Shown piece after piece: positions 1-13,786 of a stretch of DNA of 64,000 nucleotides. Position numbers and translations under genes: made by a program. Position 1 is the first letter of the stretch. Every line of letters starts with the position of its first letter. Under the pieces are notes generated by a model that had not been told where the DNA came from, did no database searches, and saw nothing but the letters and a program-made list of their open reading frames with translations. This DNA comes from Psilocybe cubensis (lineage: Eukaryota). The DNA lies in assembly GCA_017499595.2 (NCBI GenBank), contig CM038999.1:2976001-3040000 (forward strand), written 5' to 3'.

Positions 1-1
1 T

Positions 2-202
2 ATTTCCAAAACTTCTTCAAGTGTCTCCAGCTCTTCAACTATTGCATCGACTTCTATCGATTACCTCAGTGGTCCAGCGAGCGGTCTTGCTATTCCCACT
101 GGCTCTATCGACCGCACCGACTCGTCTCCCTCCAATTTGCAAGACCTTAATCAGTTCCTCATCCAAGTTGGAGGCCTGGCCATGGCGGCAGGCGCTCTCT
201 AA
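2..202 (+). CDS. 3' end (partial) of secreted RlpA/DPBB loosenin-like protein, paralog 1
   Basis: Frame from nt 2 reads ISKTSSS...IDYLSGPASGLAIPTGSIDRTDSSPSNLQDLNQFLIQVGGLAMAAGAL* (TAA 200-202), nearly identical to the C-terminus of the 3440-4480 gene. Confidence 0.85.
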   Translation: MSKTSSSVSSSSTIASTSIDYLSGPASGLAIPTGSIDRTDSSPSNLQDLNQFLIQVGGLAMAAGAL

Positions 203-1714
203 ATACTTTGGTTGCGCTTTATAGCGTTGTTCATTGCGTTGTTCTCTCTCCGCTTGTATAACCATGTATCTATTCCAATGCCCCCCTACCTTCACCATTG
301 TTTCCCGATATCATCCATTTGCGCTATACCCCAAGGCTCCCTCGAAATCAAGGTGCTGGGTCGCCTAAATTATTTATATTCTGCCGTACAGTCGTTTTAC
401 AAGGTTGGTTTTGATATGGTAGTTAAACTTCACAAAAATGGCCATGGATCTGGCACATTGCATGTTGTTTAATTGTTTATGCTCTAGTATGCTTTTGTTT
501 TGTTCCGTACAATTACCAAGGTACCTCCGGCATGATCCTGACTCGAAACGCACCAACCTGCTCCGTCTTCTTTCAGAAGTGGCCCACGTCGCTTTCACCT
601 GCTCCATAGCCGTTAGTTTGCTGCTCGCTGGAGATAATAGAAAATATCTCGGTGAGTTCGAAAGCTACATCCTGCTCGTGCCAGATGTGAACTATGAAAC
701 AAGCTTCTCAATCGGATGAAGGAAAATGAAGGAAGACAGATAACTGGTTTGAGTTTTATCATACACGACGCCTTAAGCAACAATATCCAAACATATACCT
801 ATAGTTGATCGATTAGATATACAAATACCGACACTTCGTACAAAGTAGGCATGGTAGCGTAGATGGGTGAGCAACACTCACCCGTGCGTCTTAGCACTTA
901 TATTCAAGTTGCTTGTTGCACAATAATAAACAGATTCAAAAAAGAAAGAAAAAAAAACTGGTTCGGATCGTATTTCCCAACGTATTACTAATTAAGTGTT
1001 CCTGGCTGTCTTTCCCTGTGTGGCTCTAACAATCTACCTTTCTGTATTTTGTGTGCCTGAATACCTCAGCTTACGAAAAACTCCTTGAAGGTGTGGTACA
1101 CGTACGCGGTCATCGACTCAACCTATTTTTCCCTTTTGCAGAGTTTCCTCAGTAATCAGTATCCAGAAGCCGCACCTTTCTATTGGGACACTTCGGTCCC
1201 GGCTTTGTTACATAACACTTTATTGAGGAACTTACAACGGCGGGTGCTCACCTCTGGTGTGACCGTATTACGATGCAAGTGTGTGTGATTTAAAAATAGA
1301 TCCGCGTAATCTATTTATAACAATTCTATTCTCGGTCACGAATGTCCTGTTTCCCTTACGCTGCCCAGAGCGCTCGATGAATGTCAGCCTGATTGTCATA
1401 ACCAGAAAGATGATGGTTTTTTGAAATTATAATGCTAATTTTTTCCTCTGTCCAATTTTGTGGGAGGCGCAATTTGGTTTTTTCAACGTGTACTAATCAC
1501 GTTTGTGTTAATACAACAAATCCGTAATTTCAACGGGGCAATCTATCATATATACATAATTTATAGCTACCCTAGAGGGCTCAAAAGATTTAAAAGTCTC
1601 GTATTGTGCTCTTTTCCCCCATCATTCCTTTGACACTCTTATATTACATTCTCTATCCAAACACACTTGTTCCACACTATACGACTTCAATAAGCTTAAT
1701 CTTTTTTGATGCAT

Positions 1715-2774
1715 ATGAAAATCGGAGCATCTCTGGTATTCTCTATTCTGGCCTTGAATATACCATGTGTCATCAGTTCTGGTTTTTGGCACTATCTTAA
1801 CCGACATGCTCACTCGCTCGCTTTGCACGGCGCGGGTGGCCTTCAACTTCCCAAGCGCGCTGCTGGATCGACTTGGAAATATTACAATGTCGAGACTGGA
1901 AATCCGTTAAATATCTTCATTTAATGTTATTTCCTTGATTTTTCTGACTTCGATTTTATAGCGGTTCTTGCGGATCGAAGCATGTCAATACTGATTTCGT
2001 GAGTCATCTTCCATCAATCATATTATGTTTCTCGGAATACCAACAGATGACTTGAAAAAACCAACAGACAGTTGCAATGAACGTTGCAGTACGACCATAT
2101 TTCTCTATATATATGAGCAGTATGTCCCCCTGTCTAACTTCACGACTTTATCCTCCAGCAAATGAATCCCGACTGGTGCTTCAAAACTATTAAGCTGACT
2201 CAAGGTGGTAAAAGTACCACTGCGACTATAAGCGACACGGTTAGTAATCACGGTTATTGAAGCATTTTTAATAAATCTTATACAAGTGCAGTGTATGGGA
2301 TGTGACTACGGTGGAATCGATCTCACTGAGGGTCTCTTTGCATTTTTCGTCGGATACTGGCCCACTCAAGGCGGAGTGTTAATTGGCGACTGGGAGTTTA
2401 TCGATGACACCCCTCCAAAGCCGTCGGCTCTCTTTTCTCCACCTCCGGTCAAGACCACTAAGCCTTTGCCATTGGTACCTCCACTTTCTACCTCCACCGT
2501 GACTTCACACAAGCCAGTCGCATCAAGTGCAATAACTCCGAGTACTACCAGAGCCACCTCAACTTCTGCTACTGCAAACACAACAATAATCTTTTCCATG
2601 TCTGCTAGCAGTACTAGCACCCCATCGTCTGTCGGATACTTGAGCGGGTTAGCCAGTAGCCTTGCAGTACCCACTGGATCAACCAAAGCTATCAATAATA
2701 CCTCCAATATCGAGATATTAAATTCAGTCATTATCCAGCTTGGCGGGCTAGTTTTGGCTGCTGGAAAGGATTAG
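1715..2774 (+). CDS. Secreted RlpA-like double-psi beta-barrel (loosenin/expansin-like) protein with Ser/Thr-rich tail, paralog 2 (5 exons)
   Basis: Signal-peptide-like MKIGASLVFSILAL, Kex2-type KR, then spliced YYNVETGNPGSCGS...TVAMN...WCFKTI...ISDTCMGCDYGGIDLTEGLFAFF (D-x-C-x-x-C...DL motif of DPBB/barwin-like proteins), S/T-rich linker, hydrophobic C-terminus; four GT-AG introns. Confidence 0.85.
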
Positions 2775-3439
2775 ATGTTCTTATGTCCCATATACCTACT
2801 CCCAGAGTATGTGATCAAGATATTTTTAACGTTATGTGTTACTTTGAACACAAAAATCCTTTTATTATGCTCAGGATATATTTTTTTTAATTCCTTTGTA
2901 AGCGTATACAGTTTTTAAATGACATAACTGGACAGCGTCGTTAGATCTGGCAAACAGCCTTGAGAGCACTGATTGCCGGATTGGCAGATGTATACTTGCT
3001 AAATAAGGGTTAATAATCTTCTTCGTCTCCTTTCAGAAAACATTGGTACTCTCTATCTAACTGCGATGATTATTAGTAACTGTCGGTAGTTACGAATAGA
3101 AAAATTTCACTTTCAACTAACTGCGCGAATCGCATAAGACGACTCGAGTTCGATGCCACATTCCCTGAATCTATTTATAACTTTCATGAAGTTTTTGATG
3201 GCATCAATAACGTGGCGTTCCTGGGAGTTATTGTGTAAGAGTTATAATTTTCCAACAAGTTTCAACCTAATGGCCATGTGCGCATAACAACACCAATTCA
3301 TTCCCCTTTCGAACCCGACATACCTATCTCTTCTTCGTTCATCCTCCACGCAGTTCCGCTCACGCTCTTTACATCGCGACATTCCTTTAAGTCTCTCTAA
3401 ACCATTTAACTCGAAAGGCGTGCCCCTGTCGTGCACATC

Positions 3440-4480
3440 ATGTTTGCTAAGATTCTCTGCATCTCGCTTCTAGCAGCGACCCTACCAGTTCTGAGTGTAT
3501 CTCACAACGCGCGTCATGTTAATCGTCATTCGGATCTAGCAAAACGTGCCGACAGCGATATTCAAGTCTTTAAACGCTTTGCAGGATCTCACTGGACCTA
3601 CTACGATGTTGAAGAAACTGGTAATGCGTACGATCTTTTTACAATTTACGATTCATTGCAGTATTTCTGACCCATTTTTCTCAGAGGGTCGTGTGGAAAG
3701 CATCATGTTAATACTGATTTTGTATGTCTTTTCATTTCTATGTAGAGAAAGAAAAATTTCATGTCTTGACTTACGTTTTATGTATAGACTGTCGCGATGA
3801 ACGCTGCTGTGAGTGGAAGAATCGCAGTCACACGGTGTTGGCGCATTGCTCATTGTTTTTCTTCCTGGTAGCAAATGAATCCTGGGTGGTGCTTTAAAAC
3901 GATTGTGTTGACGTTAGGTTCAAAGAGTACAACAGCTACAATCAGCGACACGGTCTGATATTTTTCTTTAATAGCTTTATCCTTCAACTCATACGTTTTT
4001 TTACAGTGTCCAGGCTGTCCGTATGGTGGACTTGATCTGACTGAAGGCCTCTTTGCTTTCTTCCTTGGGAGATGGCCCGAAGGCGGAGGTGTTTTTACTG
4101 GTGACTGGGAGTTCACGGATGCAATTCCTGCTAAGCCTGTTTCACCGCCAATCACCACAAGTAAACCAACTGTCACTCCCAAGCCCGCACCTGCCAGTAT
4201 CACCACCACCAGCAAGCACAGCAGCACGACTACGAGCAGAAAATTCTCTTCCAGCTCGATCTTGTCATTCTCAAACAAAGTGTCCTCAATTTCTTCCATC
4301 TCAAGCACCAGTCCCGTCAGTCCAACCTCATCTATCAATTATCTGACTGGTGCCGCGAGTGGTCTTGCTATTCCTACGGGCACGATTGATCGCACTGGAT
4401 CTACACCCTCGAATTTACAGGATTTAAATGAGCTTTTTGTCCAGCTTGGTGGTTTGGCTATGGTCGCGGCGAGTCTCTGA
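3440..4480 (+). CDS. Secreted RlpA-like DPBB (loosenin/expansin-like) protein with Ser/Thr-rich tail, paralog 3 (5 exons)
   Basis: MFAKILCISLLAATLPVLS signal, KR sites, YYDVEETGNA-GSCGK...DTCPGCPYGGLDLTEGLFAFF; same intron positions as paralog 2; last exon 4007-4480 is in one frame. Confidence 0.85.
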
Positions 4481-5063
4481 TTTGGTACCTGTGTCATTTT
4501 GGTGCCATCTATCCCACGTCGCTGCTTGCACCTATAGAACATACACATGTCCTTCATTCTCCTACAATACTCATGGTATTTTCTACTTTTAGTGACGCTG
4601 CTGGCATCGGTAGTGATTTGTCATCGCAGAGGTAGACGTTTCAATGCAGTGTCAGCGACTTCCCAGTGCAATTATCAAACTAATTATTGAGGCTCTCGGA
4701 GTAGTACATTATTATTGGCCTCTACTACTACTGATCATGATATTTGAAATTTTGAAGAGCTTTGCATAGAGTTTGAATCTTAATTTTTCTTCAACACAGA
4801 GCATTTTCCGCCATCGGACCCGTACTGATAGAGAATGACCTTCACTCAATTTATGCGATGCCTTCCAGAGAGTCAGAGCCAAAGTTGTATGTTCGCCCAA
4901 TAAAAAGGCATCATTGCATGAATTGCATCAAATGTTCTTTCACGTGACTTCTTCATATGACTGAGAGCGACTTGGGCGTACAACCGCGTCGAATATTTTT
5001 ACTCTTAACCAACGCCTAGGCGCCGGAGGACTATTCCCCAAACATCGCCTACCGTCCTGACCG

Positions 5064-7354
5064 ATGTCACCATGCCCGAACTACTTAACTACCCGTAAAG
5101 TGATTGCCAAATCCCTTGCAAGCCTTTCTGGTTCCAGCGCATCTTCTTACCTATCGAGAGGTTCCGTACGATTGGCCAGTTCGTCCACTTCTGCAGTATC
5201 AGACTCAGCAAAATCAGAGAAGGATGCGCAGCATGCTATACCTGAACCACTGACTCTACTGCATAAAACGAGGAGCCTATTGCCTCGCATTGTCGGGAAA
5301 GGTGGGCCGGGTTTCCAGCAGATGGCGGAAGTATCGCACACTTTGGAGTCAGTTCTGTCCAAAGCGTATGATGATCTATTGGCAGTAACTGAGCAAAGAT
5401 CAGCAAAAGTTGTAGGCGCGTTGTTTACCAATATCCCAACGAACTGCGACCTCTGATAATTTCCTTTTATCACGAAATCTAGTTTGCGGCCTGGACCATT
5501 GGTCAGGAGCTCAAAATCTAGTGACTGCGATGCTTGCAGACCCTTTGTCATCAGAAAAGACCCAGTTAGATGCGTTGGAGAACAGGTGGTTAGATCCTAC
5601 ACTCCAGAAAATACAATTTTCGTTCGTACTTATATCCTGACATCTGGCCTAGCAGAACATTCACACTTTTTTGAAGGTATCAAAACGGATCCTGTGTTAG
5701 CACTCCTTCGTTGTTCAACCTCTCGTCAGGCTATCTTGCACAATTTCCCATCCCGGTGGAGATATCCGAACTTCGCTCACCTTCACTTCCCTTAACATCC
5801 TCGTTCTCAAAGGTACACGAAACCCTTCGCGATATCCTCAGAAGCCCTACTTTCCTGGAGAGCGACATCCGCATCATTGTTTGCAACCCGGTGACAATGC
5901 CAATAAATGCCATCCTCGAAGAACACCTGCCTTCCAAAACGATACTGGTATTGTCCTCAAACTTTCAGAAAAAGGAATTGGAAGCTGTAGTACATCAACA
6001 AATGTCGCGTCATAATACACACTCGCTGCATCCTCGCACTCAGTCCAGGGATTTCCACATTATATCAGCGGACCCTGGACGCGCAATCCGGGCAATCAGG
6101 ATTTTGCAGGCGAACCCAACTTCCCCATCTGCTATTCAAAAGTACAGCACCGACTTCGTAGAATCACAGTTATCTCAAGTGACTAAGTCTCTACATGACA
6201 AATTGGTACCAACTAAGAGTATGAAAACGGTACAACGGAAGCTGGGTTTAGAGCGTGTGCAGGATGTGTTGCACTGGTTTTCTGTCGCCATTCTCCGTAC
6301 GCGGAACGAACTGGACAATGCCTTCCTTGACCAGACTTCGTTAAAAGAGACGCTGGAAGAGCACCGAGCCAGGATAGAGGTCGACATTTTTCAAGGTCGC
6401 GGTCAGAGTGATGAGAAGACGCCCATTAATATAGTCTCCGAAGCTATCAAACAGGCTGAACGGGATATGCGGCCAGTCATGGACAGACTCACTTGGTGGC
6501 AAATGATCTGGAGAGTGGACGAAATTAGTAACATTGTCGCAACTGCCGTAGAGCGGACATGGTGTTCCAATCTCGAGAAAAAGGTGTTATACTGATTCGC
6601 AGCACATAATTTTCCTACGTTTGCTGACCCATACATATAGTTGATATTGGAAACAGGTCATCTTGCAGCCTTACAAAATGAGACGTCCGAATCAGCCCTC
6701 TCCCTCCTCTCCAGTCATCCCACAGTTGCTACTGCTGTTCTTAAGAATACTCTTCTGCAAATTAAAAGATCACCAGGGTATTATCTAACACCAGAAAGTC
6801 TTACGCAACCCATATCTTCGCGTCGCAATCAAATTATAGAGTATCCGACAATGCGCCTCCATATCACCGGCCAGAGGGCAGTTCTTGGAATGACAGGGGG
6901 AATCGTTGGAGGTGCAGGGATTGGGTGGGCAGGTTGGTTAGGCTGGCTTCTCGGTAGTGGTGAGGGTATGCTGGGGTTTATTGGGATAGATGCTGGCACT
7001 GCAATGGGAGTAGGTATGATGAGCGCAGTTGCAAGCATCCGATGGGCAGTAGGGAGATGGGAGAAGTCAAAATCAAGATGGTGGCAAGATTTGGCTAGAG
7101 TGGGTGAGGGACTCGAAAGAGATCTCAAGGTATACTTCAGCAATCTGCTTTTCCCCTCAGTGTTTAACTATTCCTAGGTCAAACTCCAAACCACGATGGA
7201 ACGACAAGTTGTTATCTTGGGGGAAACGGCATGTGATGGGATGGAAAAATCCATACGAGCACAAGAGAAAGAGCTTGCCGACGTAGTCGCAAGGATTGAA
7301 GAGATACAAGCTGGGGTCGATGAGGTGCTGCATGGATCACAATGCAAACCATAA
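5064..7354 (+). CDS. Mmc1-like fungal (probably mitochondrial) membrane protein
   Basis: ORFs 5064, 5711 and 6641 join through GT-AG introns; LTWWQMIWRVDEIS motif and a Gly-rich hydrophobic hairpin followed by W-E-K...WW recall fungal Mmc1-family C-termini; last exon 7178-7354 ends in TAA. Confidence 0.6.
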
Positions 7355-7440
7355 AGTGCTCCCTCTTGCGGTACCCTTACGCCAAATGCCCCGCTGAGTT
7401 GTCCCAATATTTTTTTGACTTCTGGCTTCAAGGTAGAGGC

Positions 7441-8476
7441 TCACAGATGAGAAATTACGATGCGAGGCATTTCAGGTCTCTGCAAGCTATGACCAACTTG
7501 AAGTTGGGACTGATCATTTTCGTCATCACCATCGCCAATGTCGAATAGTTCTTCACGCTCGTCCCAGACGTCGGTCAGTCGTGTTGACTTCCCAGCGTGT
7601 TTTGCTTGAGTGTGACCATTATGAGTAGGTAGAAGCTGCGTAGAATCAATATCCTCTTCGTCCTCTTCGAGATCAGAATACGAGCTTGATATAGGGCGAT
7701 ACAGACGCGCAATCTGTTGAACAAAGAGGTGTTGATTGTTTTGTTTGCTGAGAAGTAGTGCTTTACGTGCCTCTCTTCTATGGCGGTAATAACGTTCAAG
7801 ATAGTAAGCTACAACAAGTCCTAAGGTTGACCCCAAAAGATTGGCCTATAACGAGGTAAGGTAGTGGCAATACAGCAAGTTAAGATGCGCACAAAGATGT
7901 CCCCCCAATCAAATACTTTATACTAGTTTCAAAATTGTTAACATGATGTATATCGGGAGGAATCCAACACACTCAACTGGAAGAGCGGATTGAACGACTT
8001 CACTCATTATGCCTCCGAAGAAGCCGCATGTAATTGTTGTAAAGATGAGCCCCGAGTATCTCCAAAACCAAATCCTTCGTGAGGATCTGTTGATGTTGTA
8101 TTGAAATTAAAGTAAAAGAAACTTCATTTTCAGAGGACGTACTCTTCGACGTCAACAATGAAGTAGAAAACGATAGTTGCAATGCAAAAGCACAAAAAAT
8201 GTAGCAGCTTGTCGTTAAGAGGTAGAGACCTCGAGAAGTTGGTAAACCCCAAAAAGCCAAGTAGCACCATGATAATGCAGGTAAACGCGAGAAACCACTG
8301 TATATCGTCAGAACTCGCCAATGTTGTGCTATTAGGGCTGCATCCGGAAGGCTCACTGGTCGCAATCGTATGGGCATTTCGTACTTCGGTATCTGAACTC
8401 GATGAGACTTCATGATAGACCTCCCCATTCGGGCGGGTATCTTTCGCATGTCGTTCATACTCGAAAGAAGTGGCAT
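7441..8476 (-). CDS. VanZ-like small membrane protein (yeast YJR112W-A/Llp1-like)
   Basis: Spliced product ...PIRLRP/WFLAFTCIIMVLLGFLGF...NDKLLHFLCF...SEVVQSALP/YKVFDWGDI..ANLLG; DK..HF, SE..Q and FD..D..AN..G are VanZ-like motifs. Confidence 0.75.
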
Positions 8477-9062
8477 CGTTAAGGAATTGAGCTATTTTGT
8501 AACGTTCTTTGAAAACAAAGAAGACAGGGTCACAATGATGGACCACTGCCATCCCTCACAAGGCTGGGTCATGACTCATTTATGCTGACCTGACCGTATA
8601 TATTTGGGACACGGTGATTGAACCAAATTGAAGCACAGCATTCAGGGTAATGTTAATGCCAAAACGGTAAAAACGGTAAAATTGGAACGACAATTTGACG
8701 ACCGTTTCAATTTCAAAAGTTTCTCAAAGTTGTATGCTTTGAAAAAGTTGACCGGCGTCCTCAAGAATCAGAGCAGGTAGAGCCCATATATAGAACCTGG
8801 AGAACTTCCGAGTATTATCAATATCATGTCCATCCATCTGGCAGTGTCCGTGAGCTAGGATTATTCTTCCACAAAATCGTTTATTGTGAATATGTACAGG
8901 TGTGTTAGTACGTGTTACTCAATGAACAACGCTGGATCCATGGCACGCCTGGTTAACAGCCGAGCGTGAAGCCGAGTTATCTATGGAATACAGGATTTGA
9001 GTTTAAAATATCCACTCTGAGCAAAGATATCAAGGCGAGTTGGGGTCGGAAGTTTGGAACCA

Positions 9063-12000
9063 TCACGCCATGTTATCAACATTGACCGAGAGGTGATAAG
9101 ACCATGCCCTTTTTTCGTATGCTTTCAGGAACGCGTACCCCTTAGCAATTTCATCGTTTGCAAGGACCTTTACAGATGGACAGAGGACTTCATTCGAGCT
9201 GATTAAAATGCATAACGTCTTCGCGCGACTGATTGCTACATTCAGCCGCCTCCGTTCGAGGAGGAATCCAATATCTGAGGTGAAACTCTTTGGGACAGAG
9301 AACAAACATATTACGAAGGCGGCTTCAGAACCTTGATATAAGGCGATGATCAGATATTAACCGAGCTTCCAGTCGCAGGAAAGATAAAATCACCTTGCAG
9401 TCGTTCAATTGTATCAACAATGACGTTGGGTTTCCTATCTCCACTTGCAAGATGCATCTTTTCAAAAGCTACGTCCATAGGAAGTTGACTGTTTGCCCTA
9501 GTCAATGCAGCTTTCACGGCTTCTCGCTGAATTCGGTGCGGAGTTGCTACAAAAATGTCATCATTTGGACAACACTTTTGTAAGGATGCAACCAGGGAGG
9601 CTGCTACGGCGGCTTCTCCATGCACATGTAGCTCGTACGGTATAAGAGGAGTATGAGCCGACCAGCTTCGTAGTTGGATGAGGGAGAGAGATACAGGGCG
9701 ATGTGCCACCGCAAGTTGGGATGTCCCTTTCAGCAGGGCAAACGGGTTTATAGAGTGCACTTCCGGCTCCGCAAGTACAGACTGAGGTCGTCTTAACATG
9801 ACGTCAGACAATGCAACGAAAAACTTCTGCACTGCACTGGTAATATTTTGCTGGACACTGGGGTTCGGATATTGGCACCCTCCTTCTGCCAATGTTCCAA
9901 GGGCAGCTGCTAGCTGGCGTGCCTGAAATTTCTGAGGTTTAAATTGACGAGAGTAAATTGTCGACACAAATTCCCCTAGATCTGGGTTCAACCTGTGTGT
10001 ATGTGAAGTCTCATGAGCATGCCACAGATTTATAAAAAATTTAAAGAATATACCTAAAATTTTCTATCAACTGCACTATTGTCCCTTGGGTAGATGTCAT
10101 GTCGGCGTCGTCATCCGAACTAGGCAAAGAGGAACGAGATTTCTCTGCAAACGCTGTTGCCGACTTTGAGAACATGATACAGTCTAACACGGACCCAAAG
10201 AGCACATTTGACTTGAGCAAAGGATATTGTCCACTGAGAATGGGAGCCAATTGCTCGGAGTCTCCAGCAATTATTATGCGACCATGAGGGCTAAGAGACC
10301 GCAATACAAGAGAAATAGATCCAAGAGAAATTTGGCCTGCCTCATCGATAATGAGACAATCAACTTGAATTGAACATTTTTTGGTGAAATTATATAACTA
10401 TTGCCCTTCAATGAGCAACCAAATACATCTAGAAACATTGACTATACCTGGTAAATGGTTCCTGCATAAATCTGGACGTTGCTGCCACATTTCGAGGGGG
10501 CTGGATGGTCGCTGCCTTTGGAAACTACTTCAATTTTGACATCATCGAGCCATTTGCTGGGTAAATCATCTATTGATCGGTATGCATCCATTAAATGTAC
10601 AAGTTTGTTTCGACAGGCCTCAATTGCGGCATGCGTAACGGCAGTAACGAACACGACCTTCTGTTGTGGCCCACATTGCCGACGTTCTACTTCAATAAGG
10701 CGCAAAAGCGAGAGAGAAATTGTATATGTTTTTCCAGTCCCTGAATATGATGATGAATTAATAATAGTCTGCAGAACCTCGTATTTTGGATTCACCTGGA
10801 GGCCCCCAAATCACCGACAACCGATTTGAAAGGATACGTTGGGTGGCCGTGTGCTGAGACGCTTTGAGTACAAGTGTGCCCGCTACACTATTGCCAAGAT
10901 CTTTGAGATCACGGAAAAGTTTTTGAATCTCCCGTTCGATCTTCACATAGTGTCTGGCCACTGCAACCTTGCCCAAAGAAGTTGGCTCGACGATGAGTTG
11001 AAGAAAAGGAATATCTCGATGCGGATGTGAATTATCGTCTTCGTAAAACTCCTCCTCTGAGCCCCAATGAAGATCTATCTCAAATAACGACGATAGAACT
11101 TTTGCGGTGTTGAAATCAATTAAACGCGGCGATAGACGATAGATAGCACCTTTCTCAAACTTCATTGTTGCCGTGCCCCACGTGCGTAAGGAGACTAATG
11201 TGTGAGGTCGGTCACGGTCTGCATATACATTCCTAACATCAGCTAACAAAAGCTCGTTTTGTACCCTGCCATGTTGCTGATACCAGCTGGCTCTGGTATA
11301 TCGGTTTAGCGGGAATACAAGCCCAGATACGCCTAAATCATCAAAGAGTGCTTCAACAGGAACACTATCCTCCATTCCTGAGACACCGGGAGTGTCAAGG
11401 ACCAGCAGTTTATCGTAGAAAGCATAATCTCTGTCTGATGACGGAACATCAACGGCACCGGAGACGAGGCGGAAAACATATTCAACTCCGTTGATACCTT
11501 GGATGACGTTGCAGAATTCGAGGGTTGGTGCCTCCGGACAGGCATCAATGCGTGCTTGCCAAAGTTCGCTTAGCTTTGTGAGAACTTCAAACTTGTAAAG
11601 ATGAGCTCATGGTCGCGGTTCAAACTTGACAAAGACATATACGTACCTGCTGCATAAAAAATAGTTTGCGTATGTGTGTTTCTCTACAGAGGTCCATAAA
11701 TTGGGTTGACAATATCTTCGCATCATTGACCAGTAGTGAGGTGCCGTTTGTTGAGAGGGCCCGGTTTCTTAATTCATTCAACAAGTAGAATACGCAGGTA
11801 TTCCGACGCAACAAAAGTTTTCCAAGTTCATGGGCATCTCGTGGATCCTTGTATGCGGCGAAAATTTGTTCTTCTGAAGGACATGCCTCAGCTCCAGGCA
11901 GAAGAATAGATATACACTCAGGAAGATCCCAATATCCGGGGATGGGCAAGGCAAGCTGTCGCTCGATTTCTTTCTTCAAGACAACAACACGAGGGAGTTG

Positions 12001-13786
12001 ACCGAGTTCTTTGCGACGCTGTTGGTATCCAGGAGCGGTTGATTCTTGAAGCCTTCGAACCTCATTATCAACCCTCTTCTTAAGGATCTCAACGGTACCT
12101 TCGGACGACAGACCCATTCGTTCTAAGCATGCTTTATACTCCGCTTTCAGTAGCTTGCCTTTCCCCAAAAATTTGAGAAGAGCCCCAGAAAGCAAGATAG
12201 GTTGGAATGTTGTTTGTAGTAGAGAAGCTCCTTGTGCAAGAGCGCCTATGCACATACGAATATCTTGGTCATTTGAGGTAGAAGTTAGTGCTGCATTGAT
12301 GATATGGGTTTGGAGCAAGGACTGTTCACTAGATGACCAGACATAGAACTGAGATGTACAAGGTGATCCACAGTCTTTGAGGACGGCGTCGACCAACCGC
12401 AGCAGTCCTGCCAATTCAACAATGATGGCGCTTGCTGAGCACAATATAGACGTCGGAAGGACGATGTTGGCGATCTTACAATGTGTCGTAACACAGAAAT
12501 AGTCTCCGTTCGAGTTGGGCGATGAAGGATCGTTGACAACAGATAGAACAATCGCTACATCTTCTTGTTGTGGACACGTAAAATTGCGTCGAGGGATAAT
12601 CTCATGGATTTGGTAAGCACACACTTTTCGCGACATCCTCTGGCAATTGGCTCACTTGTACATTGTTTCTTCGAACTGCTTCGATCGCTGGACTGTAGGC
12701 TGCAACATTCTGCATTCGTGTCTTCTTTGGGAGACCCAATATATGCTTGGCTCTCTTGACAATGATTGGCGAAGACTTTGCGATAGTTTCAAATTTTGTG
12801 GTATTGCCAACAAGCTGGTGCAATTCTTCAATGTCCGGTAAACGCACACCTGAATTGGGTATGCTCGATACACGAGAAATGCGCAAAAGATCTTGCAATG
12901 TCTTCGCGTCGTCTATAGAGATGTTTGGCATACTTCCCAATTCGCCCTGAGCCTGCGCCCTGGGCCTACATTCTGACTCAAAACGACACCCGCGACATAA
13001 AGGATTATAATGCCATTTAACACGTTCGACAGGCTTCGAGATAATTTTAGGGAGATCTCGAAACAAGAGGGTGTCCAAAGTGGGAGATAGGAGAGAAATT
13101 GTTATGGTTTTTATGTCGTCCATGGATGGCGGAAATACATCGAAGCCATCTTGCGGAGCAAGCCAGATTCCAGCACTATCTGCATTTCTGAAGTGTGGTT
13201 GAGTAAGGAGATAGTTCAGACAAAGAGTATAAAAGTATATTTGAATGTGATGAGATGTCTGGTGAACATAGAGTAAGATACTTGATTCAATGCGATATAT
13301 AATTTTATGAATTTTCACCTTGACATGTTTTGAAGCTTTAGCATCAATAACTCTCCAATAGATACCGGTGTCGGTTTGCTTGATTTCAAGCAAGTCCGGT
13401 TTAGCAAGACCAAATGTAAGCGGTTCATTTCTAAAACTTGAAAAGCGATCTGCAAGCCCGGCTTTTGGAGGCCAAAATGAAAGGCCGGTTATGAAAAAAT
13501 GCTTTCGATCGTCAGCGAGAATATTTTCCAAAAGACTGGATGGTCCGTCCAATGGAACGGAAGGAACCTTGAGGAGAAGTTGCGAGGCATCCAACCACGA
13601 GTAAAGATACGCCTCCCAGTCTAAACCACGCTTGAAGTGTGCCTTAGACAATTCCGAAGGACTGGCGGTGGCTGCGTGAGGCCCTGAGCTACCGGTGTCA
13701 TTGTAGACATTGTGGATATAAAGATCGCAGTCAAGTTGCTGATAGATCGCAAGGTTGGTGGCTGTTAAAGATTTCTTGGGACTCAT
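9063..13786 (-). CDS. Fe-S RecB/Cas4-like nuclease + SAP-like motif + DNA2/NAM7-type SF1 helicase fusion
   Basis: N-terminal KPDLLEI...IDAK...HIQIYFY with Cys20 and CRGCRFESEC; helicase motifs WGPPG/TGKT, IIDEAGQ, GDSEQLAP, ENFR, TPHRIQ, DTIERLQGSE, RRLNVAISRAK across exons. Confidence 0.85.

Noticed and set aside
863-885. Short hairpin GGGTGAG-CAACA-CTCACCC
   Set aside because: Isolated 7-9 bp stem with no supporting ncRNA or TE context.
7354-7441. Very short convergent and divergent gene spacers (also 13786-14003, 39401-39567)
   Set aside because: Normal for compact basidiomycete genomes.
8298-8356. Frame switch in the VanZ-like gene suggesting a programmed frameshift (as reported for the yeast homolog)
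   Set aside because: A canonical 59-nt intron (GTGAGC...CTGAC...CAG on the minus strand) restores the frame.
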